This document shows positions 1-15,000 of a stretch of 64,000 nt of DNA, in pieces. Origin of the DNA: Eledone cirrhosa (lineage: Eukaryota); NCBI GenBank assembly GCA_964016885.1, contig OZ024742.1:344100001-344164000 (forward strand), written 5' to 3'. Position 1 is the stretch's first letter. Every line of letters starts with the position of its first letter. The position numbers and the translations under genes are program-made. The notes beneath the pieces were generated by a model. That model was not told the DNA's origin. It saw only the letters and a list, made by a program, of their open reading frames with translations, and did not search any database.

Positions 1-3000
1 AGTATTAAGGACATCTGAACTGTTGGTAGTGTATCCTACAATATATACCCAGCTCACAGTTTTAAGGACATATGAACTGTTGGGAGTGTATCCTACAATA
101 TATACCCAGCTCACAGTATTAAGGACATATGAACTGTTGGGAGTGTATCCTACAATATATACTCAGCTCACAGTATTAAGGACATATGAACTGTTGGTAG
201 TGTATCCTACAATATATACCCACCTCACAGTATTAAGGACATATGAACTGTTGGTAGTGTATCCTACAATATATACCCACCTCACAGTATTAAGGACATC
301 TGAACTGTTGGTAGTGTATCCTACAATATATACCCAGCTCACAGTTTTAAGGACATATGAACTGTTGGTAGTGTATCCTAAAATATATACCCAGCTCACA
401 GTTTTAAGGACATATAAACTGTTGGTAGTGTATCCTACAATATATACCCAGCTCACAGTTTTAAGGACATATAAACTGTTGGTAGTGTATCCTACAATAT
501 ATACCCAGCTCACAGTATTAAGGACATATGAACTGTTGGTAGTGTATCCTACAATATATACCCAGCTCACAGTATTAAGGACATATAAACTGTTGGTAGT
601 GTATCCTACAATATATACCCAGCTCACAGTTTTAAGGACATATAAACTGTTGGTAGTGTATCCTTCAATATATACCCAGCTCACAGTTTTAAGGACATAT
701 AAACTGTTGGTAGTGTATCCTACAATATATACCCAGCTCACAGTATTAAGGACATATGAACTGTTGGTAGTGTATCCTAAAATATATACCCAGCTCACAG
801 TTTTAAGGACATATAAACTGTTGGTAGTGTATCCTACAATATATACCCAGCTCACAGTATTAAGGACATATGAACTGTTGGTAGTGTATCCTACAATATA
901 TACCCAGCTCACAGTATTAAGGACATATGAACTGTTGGTAGTGTATCCTACAATATATACCCAGCTCACAGTTTTAAGGACATCTGAACTGTTGGTAGTG
1001 TATCCTACAATATATACCCAGCTCACAGTTTTAAGGACATATGAACTGTTGGTAGTGTATCCTACAATATATACCCAGCTCACAGTATTAAGGACATATG
1101 AACTGTTGGTAGTGTATCCTACAATATATACCCAGCTCACAGTTTTATGGACATATGAACTGTTGGTAGTGTATCCTACAATATATACCCAGCTCACAGT
1201 ATTAAGGGCATATAAACTGTTGGTAGTGTATCCTACAATATATACCCAGCTCACAGTATTAAGGACATATGAACTGTTGGTAGTGTATCCTACAATATAT
1301 ACCCACCTCACAGTATTAAGGACATATGAACTGTTGGTAGTGTATCCTACAATATATACCCACCTCACAGTATTAAGGACATCTGAACTGTTGGTAGTGT
1401 ATCCTACAATATATACCCAGCTCACAGTTTTAAGGACATATGAACTGTTGGTAGTGTATCCTACAATATATACCCAGCTCACAGTTTTAAGGACATATGA
1501 ACTGTTGGTAGTGTATCCTACAATATATACCCACCTCACAGTATTAAGGACATATGAACTGTTGGTAGTGTATCCTACAATATATACCCACCTCACAGTA
1601 TTAAGGACATCTGAACTGTTGGTAGTGTATCCTACAATATATACCCAGCTCACAGTTTTAAGGACATATGAACTGTTGGTAGTGTATCCTACAATATATA
1701 CCCACCTCACAGTATTAAGGACATATGAACTGTTGGTAGTGTATCCTACAATATATACCCACCTCACAGTATTAAGGACATATAAACTGTTGGTAGTGTA
1801 TCCTATAATATATACCCAGCTCACAGTTTTAAGGACATATGAACTGTTGGTAGTGTATCCTACAATATATACCCAGCTCACAGTTTTAAAGACATATGAA
1901 CTGTTGGTAGTGTATCCTACAATATATACCCAGCTCACAGTTTTAAGGACATATGAACTGTTGGTAGTGTATCCTACAATATATACCCAGCTCACAGTTT
2001 TAAGGACATATGAACTGTTGGTAGTGTATCCTACAATATATACCCAGCTCACAGTTTTAAGGACATATGAACTGTTGGTAGTGTATCCTACAATATATAC
2101 CCAGCTCACAGTTTTAAGGACATATGAACTGTTGGTAGTGTATCCTACAATATATACCCAGCTCACAGTTTTAAGGACATATGAACTGTTGGTAGTGTAT
2201 CCTACAATATATACACAACTCACAGTTTTAAGGACATATGAACTGTTGGTAGTGTATCCTACAATATATACCCAGCTCACAGTATTAAGGACATATGAAC
2301 TGTTGGTAGTGTATCCTACAATATATACCCACCTCACAGTTTTAAGGACATATATACTGTTGGTAGTGTATCCTACAATATATACCCAGCTCACAGTATT
2401 AAGGACATATGAACTGTTGGTAGTGTATCCTACAATATATACACAACTCACAGTTTTAAGGACATATGAACTGTTGGTAGTGTATCCTACAATATATACC
2501 CACCTCACAGTTTTAAGGACATATGAACTGTTGGTAGTGTATCCTACAATATATACCCAACTCACAGTTTTAAGGACATCTGAACTGTTGGTAGTGTATC
2601 CTACAATATATACCCAGCTCACAGTTTTAAGGACATATGAACTGTTGGTAGTGTATCCTACAATATATACCCAGCTCACAGTATTAAGGACATATGAACT
2701 GTTGGTAGTGTATCCTACAATATATACCCAGCTCACAGTTTTAAGGACATATGAACTGTTGGTAGTGTATCCTACAATATATACCCAGCTCACAGTTTTA
2801 AGGACATATGAATTGTTGGTAGAGTATCCTACAATATATACCCAGCTCACAGTTTTAAGGACATCTGAACTGTTGGTAGTTTATCCTACAATATATACCC
2901 AGCTCACAGTATTAAGGACATATGAACTGTTGGTAGTGTATCCTACAATATATACCCAGCTCACAGTTTTAAGGACATCTGAACTGTTGGTAGTGTATCC

Positions 3001-6000
3001 TACAATATATACCCAGCTCACAGTATTAAGGACATATGAACTGTTGGTAGTGTATCCTACAATATATACTCAGCTCACAGTATTAAGGACATATGAACTG
3101 TTGGTTGTGTATCCTACAATATATACCCAGCTCACAGTTTTAAGGACATATGAACTGTTGGTAGTGTATCCTACAATATATACCCAGCTCACAGTTTTAA
3201 GGACATATGAACTGTTGGTAGTGTATCCTACAATATATACCCAGCTCACAGTATTAAGGACATATGAACTGTTGGTAGTGTATCCTACAATATATACCCA
3301 GCTCACAGTTTTAAGGACATCTGAACTGTTGGTAGTGTATCCTACAATATATACCCAGCTCACAGTATTAAGGACATATGAACTGTTGGTAGTGTATCTA
3401 CAATATATACCCAGCTCACAGTTTTAAGGACATATGAACTGTTGGTAGTGTATCCTACAATATATACCCAGCTCACAATTTTAAGGACATATGAACTGTT
3501 GGTAGTGTATCCTACAATATATACCCAGCTCACAGTTTTAAGGACATATGAACTGTTGGTAGTGTATCCTACAATATATACCCAGCTCACAGTTTTAAGG
3601 ACATATGAACTGTTGGTAGTGTATCCTACAATATATACCCAGCTCACAGTATTAAGGACATATGAACTGTTGGTAGTGTATCCTACAATATATACCCACC
3701 TCACAGTATTAAGGACATATGAACTGTTGGTAGTGTATCCTACAATATATACCCACCTCACAGTATTAAGGACATCTGAACTGTTGGTAGTGTATCCTAC
3801 AATATATACCCAGCTCACAGTTTTAAGGACATATGAACTGTTGGTAGTGTATCCTACAATATATACCCAGCTCACAGTTTTAAGGACATATGAACTGTTG
3901 GTAGTGTATCCTACAATATATACCCACCTCACAGTATTAAGGACATATGAACTGTTGGTAGTGTATCCTACAATATATACCCACCTCACAGTATTAAGGA
4001 CATCTGAACTGTTGGTAGTGTATCCTACAATATATACCCAGCTCACAGTTTTAAGGACATATGAACTGTTGGTAGTGTATCCTACAATATATACCCACCT
4101 CACAGTATTAAGGACATATGAACTGTTGGTAGTGTATCCTACAATATATACCCACCTCACAGTATTAAGGACATATAAACTGTTGGTAGTGTATCCTATA
4201 ATATATACCCAGCTCACAGTTTTAAGGACATATGAACTGTTGGTAGTGTATCCTACAATATATACCCAGCTCACAGTTTTAAAGACATATGAACTGTTGG
4301 TAGTGTATCCTACAATATATACCCAGCTCACAGTTTTAAGGACATATGAACTGTTGGTAGTGTATCCTACAATATATACCCAGCTCACAGTTTTAAGGAC
4401 ATATGAACTGTTGGTAGTGTATCCTACAATATATACCCAGCTCACAGTTTTAAGGACATATGAACTGTTGGTAGTGTATCCTACAATATATACCCAGCTC
4501 ACAGTTTTAAGGACATATGAACTGTTGGTAGTGTATCCTACAATATATACCCAGCTCACAGTTTTAAGGACATATGAACTGTTGGTAGTGTATCCTACAA
4601 TATATACACAACTCACAGTTTTAAGGACATATGAACTGTTGGTAGTGTATCCTACAATATATACCCAGCTCACAGTATTAAGGACATATGAACTGTTGGT
4701 AGTGTATCCTACAATATATACCCACCTCACAGTTTTAAGGACATATATACTGTTGGTAGTGTATCCTACAATATATACCCAGCTCACAGTATTAAGGACA
4801 TATGAACTGTTGGTAGTGTATCCTACAATATATACACAACTCACAGTTTTAAGGACATATGAACTGTTGGTAGTGTATCCTACAATATATACCCACCTCA
4901 CAGTTTTAAGGACATATGAACTGTTGGTAGTGTATCCTACAATATATACCCAACTCACAGTTTTAAGGACATCTGAACTGTTGGTAGTGTATCCTACAAT
5001 ATATACCCAGCTCACAGTTTTAAGGACATATGAACTGTTGGTAGTGTATCCTACAATATATACCCAGCTCACAGTATTAAGGACATATGAACTGTTGGTA
5101 GTGTATCCTACAATATATACCCAGCTCACAGTTTTAAGGACATATGAACTGTTGGTAGTGTATCCTACAATATATACCCAGCTCACAGTTTTAAGGACAT
5201 ATGAATTGTTGGTAGAGTATCCTACAATATATACCCAGCTCACAGTTTTAAGGACATCTGAACTGTTGGTAGTTTATCCTACAATATATACCCAGCTCAC
5301 AGTATTAAGGACATATGAACTGTTGGTAGTGTATCCTACAATATATACCCAGCTCACAGTTTTAAGGACATCTGAACTGTTGGTAGTGTATCCTACAATA
5401 TATACCCAGCTCACAGTATTAAGGACATATGAACTGTTGGTAGTGTATCCTACAATATATACTCAGCTCACAGTATTAAGGACATATGAACTGTTGGTTG
5501 TGTATCCTACAATATATACCCAGCTCACAGTTTTAAGGACATATGAACTGTTGGTAGTGTATCCTACAATATATACCCAGCTCACAGTTTTAAGGACATA
5601 TGAACTGTTGGTAGTGTATCCTACAATATATACCCAGCTCACAGTATTAAGGACATATGAACTGTTGGTAGTGTATCCTACAATATATACCCAGCTCACA
5701 GTTTTAAGGACATCTGAACTGTTGGTAGTGTATCCTACAATATATACCCAGCTCACAGTATTAAGGACATATGAACTGTTGGTAGTGTATCTACAATATA
5801 TACCCAGCTCACAGTTTTAAGGACATATGAACTGTTGGTAGTGTATCCTACAATATATACCCAGCTCACAATTTTAAGGACATATGAACTGTTGGTAGTG
5901 TATCCTACAATATATACCCAGCTCACAGTTTTAAGGACATATGAACTGTTGGTAGTGTATCCTACAATATATACCCAGCTCACAGTTTTAAGGACATATG

Positions 6001-9000
6001 AACTGTTGGTAGTGTATCCTACAATATATACCCAGCTCACAGTATTAAGGACATATGAACTGTTGGTAGTGTACCCTACAATATATACTCAGCTCACAGT
6101 ATTAAGGACATATGAACTGTTGGTAGTGTATCCTACAATATATACCCAACTCACAGTTTTAAGGACATATGAACTGTTGGTAGTGTATCCTACAATATAT
6201 ACCCAGCTCACAGTTTTAAGGACATCTGAACTGTTGGTAGTGTATCCTACAATATATACCCAGCTCACAGTTTTAAGGACATATATACTGTTGGTAGTGT
6301 ATCCTACAATATATACCCAGCTCACAGTTTTAAGGACATATGAACTGTTGGTAGAGTATCCTACAATATATACCCAACTCACAGTTTTAAGGACATCTGA
6401 ACTGTTGGTAGTGTATCCTACAATATATACCCAACTCACAGTTTTAAGGACATCTGAACTGTTGGTAGTGTATCCTACAATATATACCCAGCTCACAGTT
6501 TTAAGGACATATGAACTGTTGGTAGTGTATCCTACAATATATACCCAACTCACAGTTTTAAGGACATATGAACTGTTGGTAGTGTATCCTACAATATATA
6601 CCCAGCTCACAGTTTTAAGGACATCTGAACTGTTGGTAGTGTATCCTACAATATATACCCAGCTCACAGTATTAAGGACATATGAACTGTTGGTAGTGTA
6701 TCCTACAATATATACCCAGCTCACAGTTTTAAGGACATATGAACTGTTGGTAGTGTATCTTACAATATATACCCAGCTCACAGTATTAAGGACATATGAT
6801 CTGTTGGTAGTGTATCCTACAATATATACCCAGCTCACAGTATTAAGGACATATGAACTGTTGGTAGTGTATCCTACAATATATACCCAGCTCACAGTTT
6901 TAAGGACATATGAACTGTTGGTAGTGTATCCTACAATATATACCCAACTCACAGTTTTAAGGACATCTGAACTGTTGGTAGTGTATCCTACAATATATAC
7001 CCAGCTCACAGTATTAAGGACATATGAACTGTTGGTAGTGTATCCTACAATATATACCCAGCTCACAGTATTAAGGACATATGAACTGTTGGTAGTGTAT
7101 CCTACAATATATACCCAGCTCACAGTTTTAAGGACATATGAACTGTTGGTAGTGTATCCTACAATATATACCCACCTCACAGTTTTAAGGACATCTGAAC
7201 TGTTGGGAGTGTATCCTACAATATATACCCAGCTCACAGTTTTAAGGACATCTGAACTGTTGGTAGTGTATCCTACAATATATACCCAGCTCACAGTTTT
7301 AAGGACATATGAACTGTTGGTAGTGTATCCTACAATATATACCCAGCTCACAGTTTTAAGGACATATGAACTGTTGGTAGTGTATCTTACAATATATACC
7401 CAGCTCACAGTATTAAGGACATATGATCTGTTGGTAGTGTATCCAACAATATATACCCAGCTCACAGTATTAAGGACATATAAACTGTTGGTAGTGTACC
7501 CTACAATATATACCCAGCTCACAGTATTAAGGACATATGAACTGTTGGTAGTGTATCCTACAATATATACCCAGCTCACAGTATTAAGGACATATAAACT
7601 GTTGGTAGCGTACCCTACAATATATACCCAGCTCACAGTATTAAGGACATATAAACTGTTGGTAGTGTATCCTACAATACATACCCAGCTCACAGTATTA
7701 AGGACATATAAACTGTTGGTAGTGTATCCTACAATATATACCCAGCTCACAGTATTAAGGACATATGAACTGTTGGTAGTGTATCCTACAATATATACCC
7801 AGCTCACAGTTTTAAGGACATATGATCTGTTGGTAGTGTACCCTACAATATATACCCAGCTCACAGTATTAAGGACATATAAACTGTTGGTAGTGTACCC
7901 TACAATATATACCCAGCTCACAGTATTAAGGACATATAAACTGTTGGTAGTGTACCCTACAATATATACCCAGCTCACAGTATTAAGGACATATGAACTG
8001 TTGGTAGTGTATCCTACAATATATACCCAGCTCCCAGTTTTAAGGACATATAAATTGTTGGTAGTGTATCCTACAATATATACCCAGCTCACAGTATTAA
8101 GGACATATGAACTGTTGGTAGTGTATCCTACAATATATACCCAGCTCACAGTATTAAGGACATATGATCTGTTGGTAGTGTACCCTACAATATATACCCA
8201 GCTCACAGTTTTAAGGACATATGATCTGTTGGTAGTGTATCCTACAATATATACCCAGCTCACAGTTTTAAGGACATATGAACTGTTGGTAGTGTATCCT
8301 ACAATATATACCCAGCTCACAGTTTTAAGGACATATGAACTGTTGGTAGTGTATCCTACAATATATACCCAGCTCACAGTTTTAAGGACATATGAACTGT
8401 TGGTAGTGTATCCTACAATATATACCCAGCTCACAGTTTTAAGGACATATGAACTGTTGGTAGTGTATCCTACAATATATACCCAGCTCACAGTTTTAAG
8501 GACATATGAACTGTTGGTAGTGTATCCTACAATATATACCCAGCTCACAGTTTTAAGGACATATGAACTGTTGGTAGTGTATCCTACAATATATACACAA
8601 CTCACAGTTTTAAGGACATATGAACTGTTGGTAGTGTATCCTACAATATATACCCAGCTCACAGTATTAAGGACATATGAACTGTTGGTAGTGTATCCTA
8701 CAATATATACCCACCTCACAGTTTTAAGGACATATATACTGTTGGTAGTGTATCCTACAATATATACCCAGCTCACAGTATTAAGGACATATGAACTGTT
8801 GGTAGTGTATCCTACAATATATACACAACTCACAGTTTTAAGGACATATGAACTGTTGGTAGTGTATCCTACAATATATACCCACCTCACAGTTTTAAGG
8901 ACATATGAACTGTTGGTAGTGTATCCTACAATATATACCCAACTCACAGTTTTAAGGACATCTGAACTGTTGGTAGTGTATCCTACAATATATACCCAGC

Positions 9001-12000
9001 TCACAGTTTTAAGGACATATGAACTGTTGGTAGTGTATCCTACAATATATACCCAGCTCACAGTATTAAGGACATATGAACTGTTGGTAGTGTATCCTAC
9101 AATATATACCCAGCTCACAGTTTTAAGGACATATGAACTGTTGGTAGTGTATCCTACAATATATACCCAGCTCACAGTTTTAAGGACATATGAATTGTTG
9201 GTAGAGTATCCTACAATATATACCCAGCTCACAGTTTTAAGGACATCTGAACTGTTGGTAGTTTATCCTACAATATATACCCAGCTCACAGTATTAAGGA
9301 CATATGAACTGTTGGTAGTGTATCCTACAATATATACCCAGCTCACAGTTTTAAGGACATCTGAACTGTTGGTAGTGTATCCTACAATATATACCCAGCT
9401 CACAGTATTAAGGACATATGAACTGTTGGTAGTGTATCCTACAATATATACTCAGCTCACAGTATTAAGGACATATGAACTGTTGGTTGTGTATCCTACA
9501 ATATATACCCAGCTCACAGTTTTAAGGACATATGAACTGTTGGTAGTGTATCCTACAATATATACCCAGCTCACAGTTTTAAGGACATATGAACTGTTGG
9601 TAGTGTATCCTACAATATATACCCAGCTCACAGTATTAAGGACATATGAACTGTTGGTAGTGTATCCTACAATATATACCCAGCTCACAGTTTTAAGGAC
9701 ATCTGAACTGTTGGTAGTGTATCCTACAATATATACCCAGCTCACAGTATTAAGGACATATGAACTGTTGGTAGTGTATCTACAATATATACCCAGCTCA
9801 CAGTTTTAAGGACATATGAACTGTTGGTAGTGTATCCTACAATATATACCCAGCTCACAGTTTTAAGGACATATGAACTGTTGGTAGTGTATCCTACAAT
9901 ATATACCCAGCTCACAGTTTTAAGGACATATGAACTGTTGGTAGTGTATCCTACAATATATACCCAGCTCACAGTTTTAAGGACATATGAACTGTTGGTA
10001 GTGTATCCTACAATATATACCCAGCTCACAGTATTAAGGACATATGAACTGTTGGTAGTGTACCCTACAATATATACTCAGCTCACAGTATTAAGGACAT
10101 ATGAACTGTTGGTAGTGTATCCTACAATATATACCCAACTCACAGTTTTAAGGACATATGAACTGTTGGTAGTGTATCCTACAATATATACCCAGCTCAC
10201 AGTTTTAAGGACATCTGAACTGTTGGTAGTGTATCCTACAATATATACCCAGCTCACAGTTTTAAGGACATATATACTGTTGGTAGTGTATCCTACAATA
10301 TATACCCAGCTCACAGTTTTAAGGACATATGAACTGTTGGTAGAGTATCCTACAATATATACCCAACTCACAGTTTTAAGGACATCTGAACTGTTGGTAG
10401 TGTATCCTACAATATATACCCAACTCACAGTTTTAAGGACATCTGAACTGTTGGTAGTGTATCCTACAATATATACCCAGCTCACAGTTTTAAGGACATA
10501 TGAACTGTTGGTAGTGTATCCTACAATATATACCCAACTCACAGTTTTAAGGACATATGAACTGTTGGTAGTGTATCCTACAATATATACCCAGCTCACA
10601 GTTTTAAGGACATCTGAACTGTTGGTAGTGTATCCTACAATATATACCCAGCTCACAGTATTAAGGACATATGAACTGTTGGTAGTGTATCCTACAATAT
10701 ATACCCAGCTCACAGTTTTAAGGACATATGAACTGTTGGTAGTGTATCTTACAATATATACACAGCTCACAGTATTAAGGACATATGATCTGTTGGTAGT
10801 GTATCCTACAATATATACCCAGCTCACAGTATTAAGGACATATGAACTGTTGGTAGTGTATCCTACAATATATACCCAGCTCACAGTTTTAAGGACATAT
10901 GAACTGTTGGTAGTGTATCCTACAATATATACCCAGCTCACAGTTTTAAGGACATATGAACTGTTGGTAGTGTATCCGACAATATATACCCACCTCACAG
11001 TATTAAGGACATATGAACTGTTGGTAGTGTATCCTACAATATATACCCACCTCACAGTATTAAGGACATCTGAACTGTTGGTAGTGTATCCTACAATATA
11101 TACCCAGCTCACAGTTTTAAGGACATATGAACTGTTGGTAGTGTATCCTACAATATATACCCACCTCACAGTATTAAGGACATATGAACTGTTGGTAGTG
11201 TATCCTACAATATATACCCACCTCACAGTATTAAGGACATATAAACTGTTGGTAGTGTATCCTATAATATATACCCAGCTCACAGTTTTAAGGACATATG
11301 AACTGTTGGTAGTGTATCCTACAATATATACCCAGCTCACAGTTTTAAAGACATATGAACTGTTGGTAGTGTATCCTACAATATATACCCAGCTCACAGT
11401 TTTAAGGACATATGAACTGTTGGTAGTGTATCCTACAATATATACCCAGCTCACAGTTTTAAGGACATATGAACTGTTGGTAGTGTATCCTACAATATAT
11501 ACCCAGCTCACAGTTTTAAGGACATATGAACTGTTGGTAGTGTATCCTACAATATATACCCAGCTCACAGTTTTAAGGACATATGAACTGTTGGTAGTGT
11601 ATCCTACAATATATACCCAGCTCACAGTTTTAAGGACATATGAACTGTTGGTAGTGTATCCTACAATATATACACAACTCACAGTTTTAAGGACATATGA
11701 ACTGTTGGTAGTGTATCCTACAATATATACCCAGCTCACAGTATTAAGGACATATGAACTGTTGGTAGTGTATCCTACAATATATACCCACCTCACAGTT
11801 TTAAGGACATATATACTGTTGGTAGTGTATCCTACAATATATACCCAGCTCACAGTATTAAGGACATATGAACTGTTGGTAGTGTATCCTACAATATATA
11901 CACAACTCACAGTTTTAAGGACATATGAACTGTTGGTAGTGTATCCTACAATATATACCCACCTCACAGTTTTAAGGACATATGAACTGTTGGTAGTGTA

Positions 12001-15000
12001 TCCTACAATATATACCCAACTCACAGTTTTAAGGACATCTGAACTGTTGGTAGTGTATCCTACAATATATACCCAGCTCACAGTTTTAAGGACATATGAA
12101 CTGTTGGTAGTGTATCCTACAACATATACCCAGCTCACAGTATTAAGGACATATGAACTGTTGGTAGTGTATCCTACAATATATACCCAGCTCACAGTTT
12201 TAAGGACATATGAACTGTTGGTAGTGTATCCTACAATATATACCCAGCTCACAGTTTTAAGGACATATGAATTGTTGGTAGAGTATCCTACAATATATAC
12301 CCAGCTCACAGTTTTAAGGACATCTGAACTGTTGGTAGTTTATCCTACAATATATACCCAGCTCACAGTATTAAGGACATATGAACTGTTGGTAGTGTAT
12401 CCTACAATATATACCCAGCTCACAGTTTTAAGGACATCTGAACTGTTGGTAGTGTATCCTACAATATATACCCAGCTCACAGTATTAAGGACATATGAAC
12501 TGTTGGTAGTGTATCCTACAATATATACTCAGCTCACAGTATTAAGGACATATGAACTGTTGGTTGTGTATCCTACAATATATACCCAGCTCACAGTTTT
12601 AAGGACATATGAACTGTTGGTAGTGTATCCTACAATATATACCCAGCTCACAGTTTTAAGGACATATGAACTGTTGGTAGTGTATCCTACAATATATACC
12701 CAGCTCACAGTATTAAGGACATATGAACTGTTGGTAGTGTATCCTACAATATATACCCAGCTCACAGTTTTAAGGACATCTGAACTGTTGGTAGTGTATC
12801 CTACAATATATACCCAGCTCACAGTATTAAGGACATATGAACTGTTGGTAGTGTATCTACAATATATACCCAGCTCACAGTTTTAAGGACATATGAACTG
12901 TTGGTAGTGTATCCTACAATATATACCCAGCTCACAGTTTTAAGGACATATGAACTGTTGGTAGTGTATCCTACAATATATACCCAGCTCACAGTTTTAA
13001 GGACATATGAACTGTTGGTAGTGTATCCTACAATATATACCCAGCTCACAGTTTTAAGGACATATGAACTGTTGGTAGTGTATCCTAAAATATATACCCA
13101 GCTCACAGTATTAAGGACATATGAACTGTTGGTAGTGTACCCTACAATATATACTCAGCTCACAGTATTAAGGACATATGAACTGTTGGTAGTGTATCCT
13201 ACAATATATACCCAACTCACAGTTTTAAGGACATATGAACTGTTGGTAGTGTATCCTACAATATATACCCAGCTCACAGTTTTAAGGACATCTGAACTGT
13301 TGGTAGTGTATCCTACAATATATACCCAGCTCACAGTTTTAAGGACATATATACTGTTGGTAGTGTATCCTACAATATATACCCAGCTCACAGTTTTAAG
13401 GACATATGAACTGTTGGTAGAGTATCCTACAATATATACCCAACTCACAGTTTTAAGGACATCTGAACTGTTGGTAGTGTATCCTACAATATATACCCAA
13501 CTCACAGTTTTAAGGACATCTGAACTGTTGGTAGTGTATCCTACAATATATACCCAGCTCACAGTTTTAAGGACATATGAACTGTTGGTAGTGTATCCTA
13601 CAATATATACCCAACTCACAGTTTTAAGGACATATGAACTGTTGGTAGTGTATCCTACAATATATACCCAGCTCACAGTTTTAAGGACATCTGAACTGTT
13701 GGTAGTGTATCCTACAATATATACCCAGCTCACAGTATTAAGGACATATGAACTGTTGGTAGTGTATCCTACAATATATACCCAGCTCACAGTTTTAAGG
13801 ACATATGAACTGTTGGTAGTGTATCTTACAATATATACCCAGCTCACAGTATTAAGGGCATATGATCTGTTGGTAGTGTATCCTACAATATATACCCAGC
13901 TCACAGTATTAAGGACATATGAACTGTTGGTAGTGTATCCTACAATATATACCCAGCTCACAGTTTTAAGGACATATGAACTGTTGGTAGTGTATCCTAC
14001 AATATATACCCAACTCACAGTTTTAAGGACATCTGAACTGTTGGTAGTGTATCCTACAATATATACCCAGCTCACAGTATTAAGGACATATGAACTGTTG
14101 GTAGTGTATCCTACAATATATACCCAGCTCACAGTATTAAGGACATATGAACTGTTGGTAGTGTATCCTACAATATATACCCAGCTCACAGTTTTAAGGA
14201 CATATGAACTGTTGGTAGTGTATCCTACAATATATACCCACCTCACAGTTTTAAGGACATCTGAACTGTTGGGAGTGTATCCTACAATATATACCCAGCT
14301 CACAGTTTTAAGGACATCTGAACTGTTGGTAGTGTATCCTACAATATATACCCAGCTCACAGTTTTAAGGACATATGAACTGTTGGTAGTGTATCCTACA
14401 ATATATACCCAGCTCACAGTTTTAAGGACATATGAACTGTTGGTAGTGTATCTTACAATATATACCCAGCTCACAGTATTAAGGACATATGATCTGTTGG
14501 TAGTGTATCCAACAATATATACCCAGCTCACAGTATTAAGGACATATAAACTGTTGGTAGTGTACCCTACAATATATACCCAGCTCACAGTATTAAGGAC
14601 ATATGAACTGTTGGTAGTGTATCCTACAATATATACCCAGCTCACAGTATTAAGGACATATAAACTGTTGGTAGCGTAACCTACAATATATACCCAGCTC
14701 ACAGTATTAAGGACATATAAACTGTTGGTAGTGTATCCTACAATACATACCCAGCTCACAGTATTAAGGACATATAAACTGTTGGTAGTGTATCCTACAA
14801 TATATACCCAGCTCACAGTATTAAGGACATATGAACTGTTGGTAGTGTATCCTACAATATATACCCAGCTCACAGTTTTAAGGACATATGATCTGTTGGT
14901 AGTGTACCCTACAATATATACCCAGCTCACAGTATTAAGGACATATAAACTGTTGGTAGTGTACCCTACAATATATACCCAGCTCACAGTATTAAGGACA